Program-made: the position numbers and the translations under genes | Part shown: piece by piece, positions 47,230 through 56,307 of the stretch | Position numbering within the stretch: position 1 is the stretch's first letter | Layout: the number at the start of each line of letters is the position of its first letter | Source: Acidobacteriota bacterium | Lineage (GTDB): Bacteria > Acidobacteriota > Thermoanaerobaculia > Multivoradales > J023 | Assembly (NCBI GenBank): GCA_038747035.1 | Contig: JBCDKB010000001.1 | Coordinates: forward strand, 2,029-66,028 | Direction: 5' to 3' | Length of the DNA: 64,000 bases | The notes under the pieces: generated by a model | The model's database searches: none | What the model was told of the DNA's origin: nothing | The model's input: only the letters and a program-made list of their open reading frames with translations

Positions 47230-47773
47230 CGCCCCGGCGCTGCGCGCGGATCGCGCCGGGGACGGAGCCGCGATCCGGCGCGTGCACCTCGACGCCTTCC
47301 CCACCGCCGCGGAGGCGGATCTCGTCGACCGGCTGCTGGCACAATGCGACGAGCGGCTATCGTTCGTCGCCCTCGACGGCGACGAGATCGTCGCCCACCT
47401 ACTCTTGACCCCGGCCATCGGCCGCGGCGCAGGAGAAAGGGCAGAAGGAGAAAGGGCAGAAGGAGAAGGCGTGCCGATCAAAGGCCTCGGCCTCGCCCCC
47501 CTCGCCGTCCTCGCTTCACACCAGCGTCGAGGACTCGGCGCGGCCCTGACCGCATTCGGACTCGAGCGCGCCCGAGACGCCGGCTACCCCTTCGTGGTCG
47601 TGCTCGGCCACCCGGAGTACTACCCCCGCTTCGGTTTTAAGCCGGCGTCCCGGTTCGGCGTCGAGTGTCCCTACCCCGGCGTGCCCGACGACACGTTCAT
47701 GCTGCTTCCCCTGGACCGAGCCGTCACCGCGACCTTGGACGGCGTCATTCGCTATCGGCCGGAATTCGGCTGA
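47222..47773 (+). CDS. GNAT-family N-acetyltransferase
   Basis: QRRGLGAALT acetyl-CoA motif. Contains a 15-bp in-frame tandem duplication (GERAEGERAEGEG). Confidence 0.75.
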   Translation: MADAPALRADRAGDGAAIRRVHLDAFPTAAEADLVDRLLAQCDERLSFVALDGDEIVAHLLLTPAIGRGAGERAEGERAEGEGVPIKGLGLAPLAVLASHQRRGLGAALTAFGLERARDAGYPFVVVLGHPEYYPRFGFKPASRFGVECPYPGVPDDTFMLLPLDRAVTATLDGVIRYRPEFG

Positions 47774-47795
47774 AGAGCTCGCCCCGTGTACCCCC

Positions 47796-48422
47796 GTGTA
47801 CCCCCCTGGAGCCCCCATGTCCGAATCCTCTGACGTCGACCCTCGCCTCCGCGACCTGCCCGAGAACCCCTATGCGCCGCCCCAGGCCCAAGCGGCGCCG
47901 GTGCCGCGGGCGGAGCGGGAAGAAGACGACCTCCGGACCTTCATCGGCCCCCGCTCCGACTACTACCTCGATAAGTGGCGCCCGGTCCTCGAAGGCAGCG
48001 GCGAGAAGATCGGCTTCAACTGGGCCGCCTTCTTCCTCTCCGGACTGTGGCTGACCTACCGAAAGATGTACCGATTCGCGTTCATCTTTGCCGCCATCAT
48101 CATCGTCGAGTCGGTCCTCGAAGAGATTTTCTTCGTCCAGGTCCTCGGCCACGAGACCGCCCCGGCCGTGGTCTCGAACGCCGTCAACGCCCTCACCGCG
48201 GTCGTCTTCGGGGCCTTCGGCAACTTCTGGTATCTGATCCACTGCCGACGCAAGATCCACCTCGCCGGCGCCCTCGCCCCGACCCCAGAATCCCGCGACG
48301 CCTCCCTGCAAAAGGCCGGCGGCACCAGCGCCCTCGGGCCCTTGCTCTTTACCGCGGCCTTCTTTACCGCGCTGGTCCTCGTATTCGTGCTGCTCGATCC
48401 GGTGATCTACGGCGCGGGCTAG
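47796..48422 (+). CDS. DUF2628-like small membrane protein
   Basis: Two or three TM helices after a P/Q-rich N-terminus; the pattern RSDYYLDKW ... FNWAAFFLSGLWLTYRKMY. Confidence 0.4.
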   Translation: MYPPGAPMSESSDVDPRLRDLPENPYAPPQAQAAPVPRAEREEDDLRTFIGPRSDYYLDKWRPVLEGSGEKIGFNWAAFFLSGLWLTYRKMYRFAFIFAAIIIVESVLEEIFFVQVLGHETAPAVVSNAVNALTAVVFGAFGNFWYLIHCRRKIHLAGALAPTPESRDASLQKAGGTSALGPLLFTAAFFTALVLVFVLLDPVIYGAG

Positions 48423-48431
48423 CCCCGAACG

Positions 48432-49925
48432 CTAGAGGTCCATCACCGCTTCGATGTCGGGGTCGAGGGGCTTGGGCGGCCTCGCGTAGGAGATGGTGAA
48501 GAAAAGCACCAGCGAGAGCAGCAGGGAAACTGCGCCGCCGCTCACGCCGTAGGGGATGGCGACGTCGAAGACCTCGACGCCGAGGTTAAAGGCCAGGCTC
48601 GAGAGAATCGCGACATTGGCCGCGAGCGCCGACGCCCGCTTCCAGTTGAAGCCGATGGCGACGGTGGGCGCCAGGGCGGCGCCGAATGTCCCCCAGCCGA
48701 AGGCGCCGAGGATCGCCACCATGCGCTCGTTCTGGTAGTGCGAATAGAGGGCGAATCCGCCGGCCACAAGCGCCAGCACCACGGTGGCGACGCGGGCCCA
48801 GAAAAGCTCGTTCTGCGGCACGCGGCCGCGCAGCGCCTTGGGGATGTCGTGGACCAGGGCGGCGGCGCCGATATTGAGGAATGCGTCGCCGGTCGACATG
48901 ATGGCGGCGAAAAGGCCGGCGAAGACCACGCCGGCGAGCAGCGGATGGGTGAAGACCTGGAGAAAGACGGCGGCCGCCGTGTCCGCGGCGCTGAGCTCCG
49001 GGTGCTGCCCCGAGAGCACCAGCGCCCGCATGGCGATGCCGATGGCGATCCACAGGAGGGCCGAAAAGAAATATCCGACGATCGACGTCGGCAGCACGCT
49101 GCGCAGATCCGAAACCCGGCGGACCATCATGTTCTTGGTGATGATGTGGGGCTGGCCCGTGCCGCCGATGACGAAGAGGAAGTACCACGAGAGGCAGCCG
49201 AGCATGCCGAGCGTGCCCCAGGGCGACATCGCCTCCCGGTCGTCCGCCATGATCGTCTGCACCATCTCGACGGGGCCGCCGTCCATCGACGCCATGGCGG
49301 CGAGGAAGACCAGGACGCCGCCCACGATCATCACGAACCCTTGGACTACGTCGGTATAGACCGACGCCAGGATGCCGCCGGTGACGCAATAGAAAACCAA
49401 GACGGCGAGGGAGATAAACACGCAGGCGTGCAGGCTGATCGCGTCAACGACGGTGCCTTCGAGCAGGCTCTGCAGCACCGTCGCCATGGCCAGCAGCTGG
49501 GTGGCGAGGTAGCCCATGACGCCCAGGAGGATGGCGATGGCGGTCAGAAGCCGGGTGCTTTCCGCACCGTAGCGCGCCGCCACCGCGTCCGGCAGCGACG
49601 CCGTATCGCAAAGCTCGGCGAAGAGGCGAAGCCGCTTGGCGATCAGGAAGGACGACAGCGCAAAGCCCATCGACGAGGTGATGATGATCCACAGCGAGCT
49701 GGTGCCCATGGCGTAGACCAGCCCGGGGCCGCCGACGAACGCGAAGCCCGAAAGCGTCGTCGAGAAGATCGCCATGCCGGTGACGAGCACGCCGAGGCCG
49801 CGGCCGGCCATGAAGAAGTCGTGGGCGGAGTTCGTGCGTCGCATCGCCCAGATTCCCACCGCCATGCACAGCACCAGGTAGGCGCCGACGCAGCTCAGGA
49901 TGACGAGATCGCGGTGCGCTTCCAT
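48432..49925 (-). CDS. Sodium:solute symporter (SSS family)
   Basis: ~497 aa, 13 TM; SSS signature regions (GRGLGVLVTGMAIFSTTLSG ...); start MEAHRD overlaps the upstream small-subunit stop (ATGA). Confidence 0.85.
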   Translation of the reverse strand: MEAHRDLVILSCVGAYLVLCMAVGIWAMRRTNSAHDFFMAGRGLGVLVTGMAIFSTTLSGFAFVGGPGLVYAMGTSSLWIIITSSMGFALSSFLIAKRLRLFAELCDTASLPDAVAARYGAESTRLLTAIAILLGVMGYLATQLLAMATVLQSLLEGTVVDAISLHACVFISLAVLVFYCVTGGILASVYTDVVQGFVMIVGGVLVFLAAMASMDGGPVEMVQTIMADDREAMSPWGTLGMLGCLSWYFLFVIGGTGQPHIITKNMMVRRVSDLRSVLPTSIVGYFFSALLWIAIGIAMRALVLSGQHPELSAADTAAAVFLQVFTHPLLAGVVFAGLFAAIMSTGDAFLNIGAAALVHDIPKALRGRVPQNELFWARVATVVLALVAGGFALYSHYQNERMVAILGAFGWGTFGAALAPTVAIGFNWKRASALAANVAILSSLAFNLGVEVFDVAIPYGVSGGAVSLLLSLVLFFTISYARPPKPLDPDIEAVMDL

Positions 49926-50542
49926 CACGCCACCCCGCCGTCGGGCGGCATGTTCTGCGCGGCGTGCCGCTTTTCGACCAGCGCCATGAAGGCGGCTTCG
50001 TCGTCCTGCGAGTAAACCCACCGGCGGAACCCGACCACATAGAGCACGGCGAAGAAGACCGGCACCGACCACAGCAGATAGAGCATCGTCGCCGCCGGCG
50101 CGGGCAGCGCGAAGTAGAGCGCCGGGTCGGGGTCGCCCAGGTAGCGCCCGTAGCTGACCATCAGGAGCGTCCACACGCCGAGGCACCCGACGGTGACCAC
50201 GGTCAGCGGCCAGCCGAGTCCGCGGAGCCCGAGGCCCGACGTGTCGCCGCCGAGGGACGGTCCGCGGCGGGCGCCGAAAGCCATCAAGACGGCGAAAAGC
50301 ACGATCTGCGCGGCGCCGAAGGCCCAGCCGAGCCAGAGCATGCCGCCGTGGCGCGCTTCGCCGTCGCCGCCCCGGAGCATGGTCTGGAAGTCGGGGTGGG
50401 GGATCCCGAAGCTGCCGGGCACCGCCGGCTGGGCGAGGGCGTAGGTGAAAAGGATCGAAAGCACCACCAGGACGCCGAAGCTCACGCCGGCCCACACGGT
50501 TTCGGGGGACTTTCCGGAAGACGAAGGTTCTGAAGCTGGCAC
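49925..50542 (-). CDS. Small polytopic membrane protein translationally coupled to the SSS symporter (possible symporter small subunit, DUF4212-like, with N-terminal extension)
   Basis: 4 predicted TM helices. Translational coupling to the transporter is typical of SSS small subunits, but the length (up to 205 aa) is atypical. Confidence 0.45.
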   Translation of the reverse strand: MPASEPSSSGKSPETVWAGVSFGVLVVLSILFTYALAQPAVPGSFGIPHPDFQTMLRGGDGEARHGGMLWLGWAFGAAQIVLFAVLMAFGARRGPSLGGDTSGLGLRGLGWPLTVVTVGCLGVWTLLMVSYGRYLGDPDPALYFALPAPAATMLYLLWSVPVFFAVLYVVGFRRWVYSQDDEAAFMALVEKRHAAQNMPPDGGVA

Positions 50543-50713
50543 GATGTCTTTACCTTGCCGGAGCCTCGGCTCTTTGTAAAGCTGATCATTCGCTTAAGGA
50601 AGGGCGCGTCTTGAATTGACCCGCTCTCGACATCCGCACACCCGGCGCACCGACGCCCATGGCCTGCCGGAGCCCCTCGCCCGGCCGTCGACGGGCGGCT
50701 ATGATGCGGAGGC

Positions 50714-52417
50714 TTGACCCCTTTGCCCAAAGACGAGGAGATCTCGATGGACCGTGACGCTCTGATCCATACCCTGGACCGCGCCCGCTGGCTCGATTTG
50801 ACCCAGCCGCTTTCGATCATGACGCCGCCGTGGCCCGGAGAGATGCCGCTCCAGGTCCATTTCTTCAAGCGCCTCACGGGCTCGTTCGGCGGCGGCCAAG
50901 GCGCCAACGGTCAGCTCATCGAGTGGAGCAACAACACCGGCACCCACCTCGTGGGGCCGACGGCCTTCCACTCCGGCCTGCGGTCCCTGTCGGAGATCCC
51001 GCTCACCGAAACCTGCGGCCCGGCGGCGATCGCCGACGTGTCGGCGGAGGTCGAGGACTACGGCTTCTACACCCCCGAGATGGTCGAACGGACCGTCGAG
51101 GTGCGGGAAGGCGACATCCTGATCGTCTATACGGGCTATAGCCGCTACGCGTGGGATCAGCCGGATTGCGAGAATCCCGAAGCCCAGGGCGGCGTCGAAA
51201 ACAAGGAATTCGGCTATTACGTCCGCCACCCCGGACCGTCGCCCGACTTCTTCGACTGGGCGATTTCCAAGAACCTCAAGGTCTTCGGCGTCGACTGCGG
51301 CTGCGCCGAGCATCCGATGAATACGAATATTCGGTTCATGCACGGCCGCGACTACGACAAGGCCTGCGCCCTCGCCAAAGAGCGAACCGGCAAGGAGTGG
51401 GAAGTGCTCTTTCCGCCCGAGGATTACCAGCGCCTGACCCACCAGACCGTGCCCAAGGCCGGCCTCCTGCTGCTGGAAGCGCTGGGCGGCGACCTCGCCG
51501 AGCTTCGCGGACAGCGCACGTGGCTGATGGTGCAGCCCGTCCCCTTCATGGAGGTCGAGTCGGCCTGGTGCCGGGTGGCCGCCGTCGAGCCCGGCGAAGG
51601 CCAAGACCGAGACGAGCTGCACCGCGCCCTCGACTCGATGGAAATGCTCGATATGACCCTGCCGTTCTCGGTGCGCACGCCGCAGTGGGCCAACTACGAG
51701 CCGCTGTCGGTGAAGTACACCAAACGGGTCGGCGGCCTCGACTACGGCTTGGGCCGAAACAACGCCCACTGCCGCGCCAGTTTCCACCTGGCGACCCACA
51801 TGGACGGCGAGAAGCACTTCTGGGCCGGCGGACGCACCGTCGGCGAGGTGCCCCTCGACTATTGGCACGGACCCGGCGTCATCGTCGACATCTCCGATCA
51901 GATCAGCGACTCCAGCGTCTACACGCCGGCGATGATCGAGGAGCGGGTCGACCTGCGGGACGGCGACATCCTGCTGATCAAGACCGGCTTCCACCGCTTC
52001 GGCTGGAACAGCCCGGATTCGGACGAGTTCCGCTACATGATCAAGCACCCCGGCCCGTCCCCGGACTTCGCCCAGTGGTGCATCGACCGCCGGATCAAGT
52101 GGCTCGGCATCGACTGCGTGGCCATGGAACACCCCATGAACACCATCCAGCGCCGCTTCCACCCCAAGACCTTCGCCGAAGCCGAGGCCAAGCTGATCGC
52201 CCAGTTCGGCAAGACCTGGGACGAGATGTACCCCCTCGACCAGTATTACCAAGACATGCACCTGAACCTCTTCCCGAAGGCCATCGTGCACGCCGAGAAC
52301 CTCGGCGGCGCCATCGCCGAGGCCGAAAGCGGGCGCTACTACATCGGCGCCTTCATCCAGCGGGGCATGGAGCTCGCGTCGTGCTGGGGTCGCTTCGTGG
52401 CGATCAAGGAACGCTAG
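50714..52417 (+). CDS. Tandem (duplicated) cyclase-family protein (kynurenine-formamidase-like fold x2)
   Basis: Two homologous halves, each with HxGTHxD-like (NNTGTHLVGP / NNAHCRASFHLATHMDG) and downstream acidic motifs; 567 aa. Confidence 0.65.
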   Translation: MTPLPKDEEISMDRDALIHTLDRARWLDLTQPLSIMTPPWPGEMPLQVHFFKRLTGSFGGGQGANGQLIEWSNNTGTHLVGPTAFHSGLRSLSEIPLTETCGPAAIADVSAEVEDYGFYTPEMVERTVEVREGDILIVYTGYSRYAWDQPDCENPEAQGGVENKEFGYYVRHPGPSPDFFDWAISKNLKVFGVDCGCAEHPMNTNIRFMHGRDYDKACALAKERTGKEWEVLFPPEDYQRLTHQTVPKAGLLLLEALGGDLAELRGQRTWLMVQPVPFMEVESAWCRVAAVEPGEGQDRDELHRALDSMEMLDMTLPFSVRTPQWANYEPLSVKYTKRVGGLDYGLGRNNAHCRASFHLATHMDGEKHFWAGGRTVGEVPLDYWHGPGVIVDISDQISDSSVYTPAMIEERVDLRDGDILLIKTGFHRFGWNSPDSDEFRYMIKHPGPSPDFAQWCIDRRIKWLGIDCVAMEHPMNTIQRRFHPKTFAEAEAKLIAQFGKTWDEMYPLDQYYQDMHLNLFPKAIVHAENLGGAIAEAESGRYYIGAFIQRGMELASCWGRFVAIKER

Positions 52418-52421
52418 GTCG

Positions 52422-53531
52422 ATGGCGGGGAATTCCTTCGGCCAGGCCCTGCGCCTGACCACGGCGGGCGAATCCCACGGCCCGGCGAATGTCGTCATCC
52501 TCGACGGCGTGCCGCCGGGTCTGGAGCTCTCCGTCGACGACCTCATACCGGACCTCGAGCGGCGACGGCCCGGGCAATCGAAAATCACCACCCAGCGCAA
52601 AGAGCCGGATCTGCCGAAGATTCTCTCCGGCGTCTTCGAGGGACGCACCACCGGCACCTCGATCGCGATCGTGATCGAGAACGTCGACCAGCGGTCGCGG
52701 GACTATTCAGAGATCCAAGGCAAGTACCGGCCCGGCCACGCCGACTTCACCTTCGACGCCAAGTACGGCTTCCGCGACTACCGCGGCGGCGGCCGCTCGA
52801 GCGCCCGCGAAACCGGCGTCCGGGTCGCCGCCGGGGCGGTGGCGAAAAAATTGCTCCGCAGCCTCGGCGTCGAGGTCTTGGGCTGGGTGATCCAGGTCGG
52901 CGACATCCACGCGGACGTTCCTGACGTGAATGCCGTGACCCTCGCCGACGTGGAGGCGACCCCGGTCCGCTGCCCCGATCCCGAGACGGCGCCGCGCATG
53001 ATCGAGCTGATCGAACGGGTCCGCTCCGAGCGGGACTCGATCGGCGGCGTCGCCGAGATCGTCGCCACCGGCGTGCCGCCGGGCTGGGGCGAGCCGGTCT
53101 TCGACAAGCTCAAAGCCGACCTCGGCAAAGCGATGTTCAGCCTGCCGGCGGTGGTCGGCGTCGAGTACGGCGCCGGTTTCGCCGTCGCGTCGGCCCGCGG
53201 CAGCGAGAATAACGACGTCTTCACGCCGCGCCCGCGCGGCGGCATCACCACCCGCGGCAATCGCCACGGCGGCATGCTCGGCGGCATCTCGACCGGCCTG
53301 CCGATCGTGCTGCGCTGCGCCGTCAAGCCCACCAGCTCGATCCCGCAGGACCTTGACACCGTCACCCGCGACGGCGAGCCGACCCAGCTCTCCACCCGCG
53401 GTCGCCACGACCCGTGCCTGCTGCCCCGCTTCGTGCCCATGGCCGAAGCGATGGCGGCGCTGGTGCTCGCCGACCACATGCTTCGCCACCGCGCCCAGAC
53501 CGGCGGGACCGGTCCGCTGCGCCACGGCTAG
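52422..53531 (+). CDS. aroC: Chorismate synthase
   Basis: N-terminus GESHGP; RPGHADFTFDAKYG; RSSARETG. Canonical AroC. Confidence 0.9.
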   Translation: MAGNSFGQALRLTTAGESHGPANVVILDGVPPGLELSVDDLIPDLERRRPGQSKITTQRKEPDLPKILSGVFEGRTTGTSIAIVIENVDQRSRDYSEIQGKYRPGHADFTFDAKYGFRDYRGGGRSSARETGVRVAAGAVAKKLLRSLGVEVLGWVIQVGDIHADVPDVNAVTLADVEATPVRCPDPETAPRMIELIERVRSERDSIGGVAEIVATGVPPGWGEPVFDKLKADLGKAMFSLPAVVGVEYGAGFAVASARGSENNDVFTPRPRGGITTRGNRHGGMLGGISTGLPIVLRCAVKPTSSIPQDLDTVTRDGEPTQLSTRGRHDPCLLPRFVPMAEAMAALVLADHMLRHRAQTGGTGPLRHG

Positions 53532-53544
53532 CGGGACCTTCGCG

Positions 53545-54222
53545 ATGGAGGACGCTTCGATGGAGCAGGACGCCCGGCCCGAGCCGGACACTGAGCGAGA
53601 GCCCGCGGCCGCCCTACCGGAACAGGAACCCGCGCCGCGGAGCTGGCCTCGGCTCGTCGGCGAGGCGCTGTGGATCGTGCTCGCCGTCCTGCTCGCCCTC
53701 GCCGCCGACCAGTGGCGGGAGAACAAGGCCAATCAGAAACTCGCGGACAAAGCGCTCCGCGGCATCGTCGAGGAAATTCAGTCGAATCGCGGCATGGTCC
53801 TCTACTTCCTGCCGCGCCACCGCGAGATCCAAGACGCCCTGCCGGAGTCCCACGAGGATTGGACACAGCCATCCTTAGAAGACGAAGACTCCCGCTTCGA
53901 CCCCATCGTGCTGCGCGACACCGCCTGGCGCACGGCCCTCGAGACCAACGCCCTCGTCCACATGGACTATCAAACCGTGCGCCAGCTCACCGAGGTCTAC
54001 ACCTTCCAGCGGGCCTATAACGACCTCACGCGAGACCTCCTCCGCTCCGTTTTCGACCTCGAGTTCCACGACCCCAAACGGCTCGAGGCCCAATTCGCCG
54101 CGACCAAATTTGCGCTCTACATCTTCGTCGAGAACGAAGAAGCCCTCGTCGAAGCTTACGACCGCGCCCTCGGGGAGATCGAAATCACTCCAACTCCCCG
54201 TCCGGCGGGCGGACCGCAATAA
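53545..54222 (+). CDS. Hypothetical membrane-anchored protein
   Basis: Single TM ALWIVLAVLLALAA after an acidic N-terminus. No motif identified. Confidence 0.4.
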   Translation: MEDASMEQDARPEPDTEREPAAALPEQEPAPRSWPRLVGEALWIVLAVLLALAADQWRENKANQKLADKALRGIVEEIQSNRGMVLYFLPRHREIQDALPESHEDWTQPSLEDEDSRFDPIVLRDTAWRTALETNALVHMDYQTVRQLTEVYTFQRAYNDLTRDLLRSVFDLEFHDPKRLEAQFAATKFALYIFVENEEALVEAYDRALGEIEITPTPRPAGGPQ

Positions 54223-56248
54223 CGACGAGGGTCACGTCGTCGTCGGGCGGACCGGAACCGGCGTGGCGGCGTCCGGCGTCGAGAAGGCTTTCGATGAGGT
54301 CCCGGGGCTCGAGGTGGCCGTGCTCGGCGACCAGCGCTTCGACGCGCTCATAGCTGAGGGGCTGGAGCTCGGCGTCAACCCGTTCCGGCAAGCCGTCGCT
54401 CATCATGACGACGCGGTCGCCGGGGTGCAGTGGGACGGTGGTTTGCTCGTAGCTTTCTTCTTTGAAGCTGCCGAGGGGAAGGCTGGGGATGATGACGGTG
54501 GAGACGCTGCGGTCCGCCGCGCGGTAGACCAGCACCGGCGGCATGGCCGCCGCGGCGAGCGTCATCGCCGACTCCTCCAGGTCGAAGCGGGCGGCGGCGA
54601 GCGCCATATGGCGACGGCGTAAGCCCATGCGGCGCAGTCCCCGCGACAGTCGGTCGAGGCACGCCGCGGGCGAGCTATCGCGGGCGGCGAGCAGCATGCC
54701 CTTGGTGGCGGCGACCAGGCTGCCGGCCTGGGCGCCGTGGCCGCTGGCGTCACCGACGATCACGGTCAGGTGGTCCGGGGTGCTGAGGAAGTCGTAATAG
54801 TCGCCGCCGACCTCGGTGGCGGTTTCGGCGTGCACCTCGATGGCGTAGAAGTCCGTCGGCGGCACGGTCGACGGCAGCATCGACGTCTGCAGCCGACGCG
54901 CTTCTTCCAGCTCTTCGGCGCGGCGGGCGTTCTCCGCCTCGAGTCGGGCCCGCTCCACTTCCTTTTCCCGCGCCAGCCGCTCCTGCTCGAGTTTTTCCGC
55001 GGAGAGCTTCCGGACGGTCTCGAGCTCCCTTTCGAGCTGACGCTGGGTCTTGCCGTAGTTGCGGCCGATGAATACCGTCATCGCGAACATGAGGACCGCC
55101 AGGCCGTAATAGGGCGACGGAAACGTCAGGAAATCGACGAGCTGCGGCAGGAGGCCCAAAGCCGCCAGCAGCTGGTAAGGCGAAAGAACCAGGAGCGGCA
55201 GCGCGCCGAGGCCCAATATCCACGTGTCGTCCACCAGCGCCTCGTCGCCGGACGGGGAGCGGATCACGGCCCTGACGATCTCGACATTCGCCAAGAGCAT
55301 AAAAAGCAAGCCGAAGGGTTCAGACCGGTGGGGCTGCCAGAGTGCCCAAAGAGCGAGCACCGCCGCTACGGCCACGAAGACGACGAAGACCTTCGGCGGC
55401 CGACGGGCGGTGCACGAGTAGACGAAGCGCAAACTCGCCAGCGCCAAGGCGATGAAGGCGACCTGGAAGAGTGTGAAGTAGACCAGGTAAGCGTGCGGGT
55501 CGGGCTGGACGTAGCTCGCAAAATTGAGAAAGACCGCGGCGCCTGAGGAGGCCGCCGCCAGGCCGCAGAAAAGATTCGGCCCGGCCACCGGCCGGAAGAG
55601 AAAGAGCATCAGGTTGACGAGGGCGAAGGCCAGGAAAAGTCCGGACAGGAACATCTGGTGGAACGTCAGCAGCTTCACCAGACGTAGCCGCTCCTCCGCC
55701 ATCGGTCGCAGCTCGGCAAAAAGCACACCGAGGCCCGCGCGCTCCCCCACCCACCGAGGCCCGTCGAGCAGCCACGATGAGTAGCGCACGGCGACGCGGT
55801 GACTCCCGGACGCGTCGAAGACCAGCGGCCGCGGATCGCGGGTGCGGTCCGCCACCTCATCGGCGGGGATCTGCGAGACGGTGCCGAAGCTGTGCACGCG
55901 CCGGCCGTTGAGGTACACCTCGGCGGCGCCTTCCTGGATCACCCGGACGCCGACGGGTCGACCGACCAGCGCCGCGTCGACCTCAACGTCGACCCAAAAC
56001 CAGCCGTAGCCCTCGAATTCGGCCGGGAAAAGGTCGGCGTCAATCCTCCGACCCGACGCCGCGTCCCCCGACGCCGATCCGGGACCGGGGTCCGCCGCGG
56101 AGAATTCGTAGTGATCCGGGACACCGAGACCGGAAATCGTCGACCGAAAAAGCTGCGCCGAGGTCTCCGGCGTCCACCCGAGCGACGCGGCGAGGGCGAC
56201 GAGCACAACCAGCGACCGACGGGCCGGCGGAAAGTCGAGAAGAGACAC
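54185..56248 (-). CDS. 7TM-DISM receptor (extracellular 7TMR-DISMED2 plus 7TM) fused to a PP2C/SpoIIE-type Ser/Thr phosphatase
   Basis: Signal peptide; ~200-aa extracytoplasmic domain; 7 TM helices; coiled coil; C-terminal PPM domain with GDYYDF ... GDASGHG ... MMSDGL metal-binding motifs. Confidence 0.8.
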   Translation of the reverse strand: MSLLDFPPARRSLVVLVALAASLGWTPETSAQLFRSTISGLGVPDHYEFSAADPGPGSASGDAASGRRIDADLFPAEFEGYGWFWVDVEVDAALVGRPVGVRVIQEGAAEVYLNGRRVHSFGTVSQIPADEVADRTRDPRPLVFDASGSHRVAVRYSSWLLDGPRWVGERAGLGVLFAELRPMAEERLRLVKLLTFHQMFLSGLFLAFALVNLMLFLFRPVAGPNLFCGLAAASSGAAVFLNFASYVQPDPHAYLVYFTLFQVAFIALALASLRFVYSCTARRPPKVFVVFVAVAAVLALWALWQPHRSEPFGLLFMLLANVEIVRAVIRSPSGDEALVDDTWILGLGALPLLVLSPYQLLAALGLLPQLVDFLTFPSPYYGLAVLMFAMTVFIGRNYGKTQRQLERELETVRKLSAEKLEQERLAREKEVERARLEAENARRAEELEEARRLQTSMLPSTVPPTDFYAIEVHAETATEVGGDYYDFLSTPDHLTVIVGDASGHGAQAGSLVAATKGMLLAARDSSPAACLDRLSRGLRRMGLRRRHMALAAARFDLEESAMTLAAAAMPPVLVYRAADRSVSTVIIPSLPLGSFKEESYEQTTVPLHPGDRVVMMSDGLPERVDAELQPLSYERVEALVAEHGHLEPRDLIESLLDAGRRHAGSGPPDDDVTLVVIAVRPPDGELE

Positions 56249-56307
56249 GCCTCAAGATTACCCGAAGAGACGGGCGATGGCGGGCGCCGTAGAATGTGAA
56301 TTGAGCC

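Noticed and set aside
47441-47470. Repeat ggagaaagggcagaa x2 inside the GNAT gene
   Set aside because: It is an in-frame 15-bp duplication (GERAEGERAEG) in a surface loop, not a regulatory or mobile repeat. It is mentioned only under the microduplication finding.
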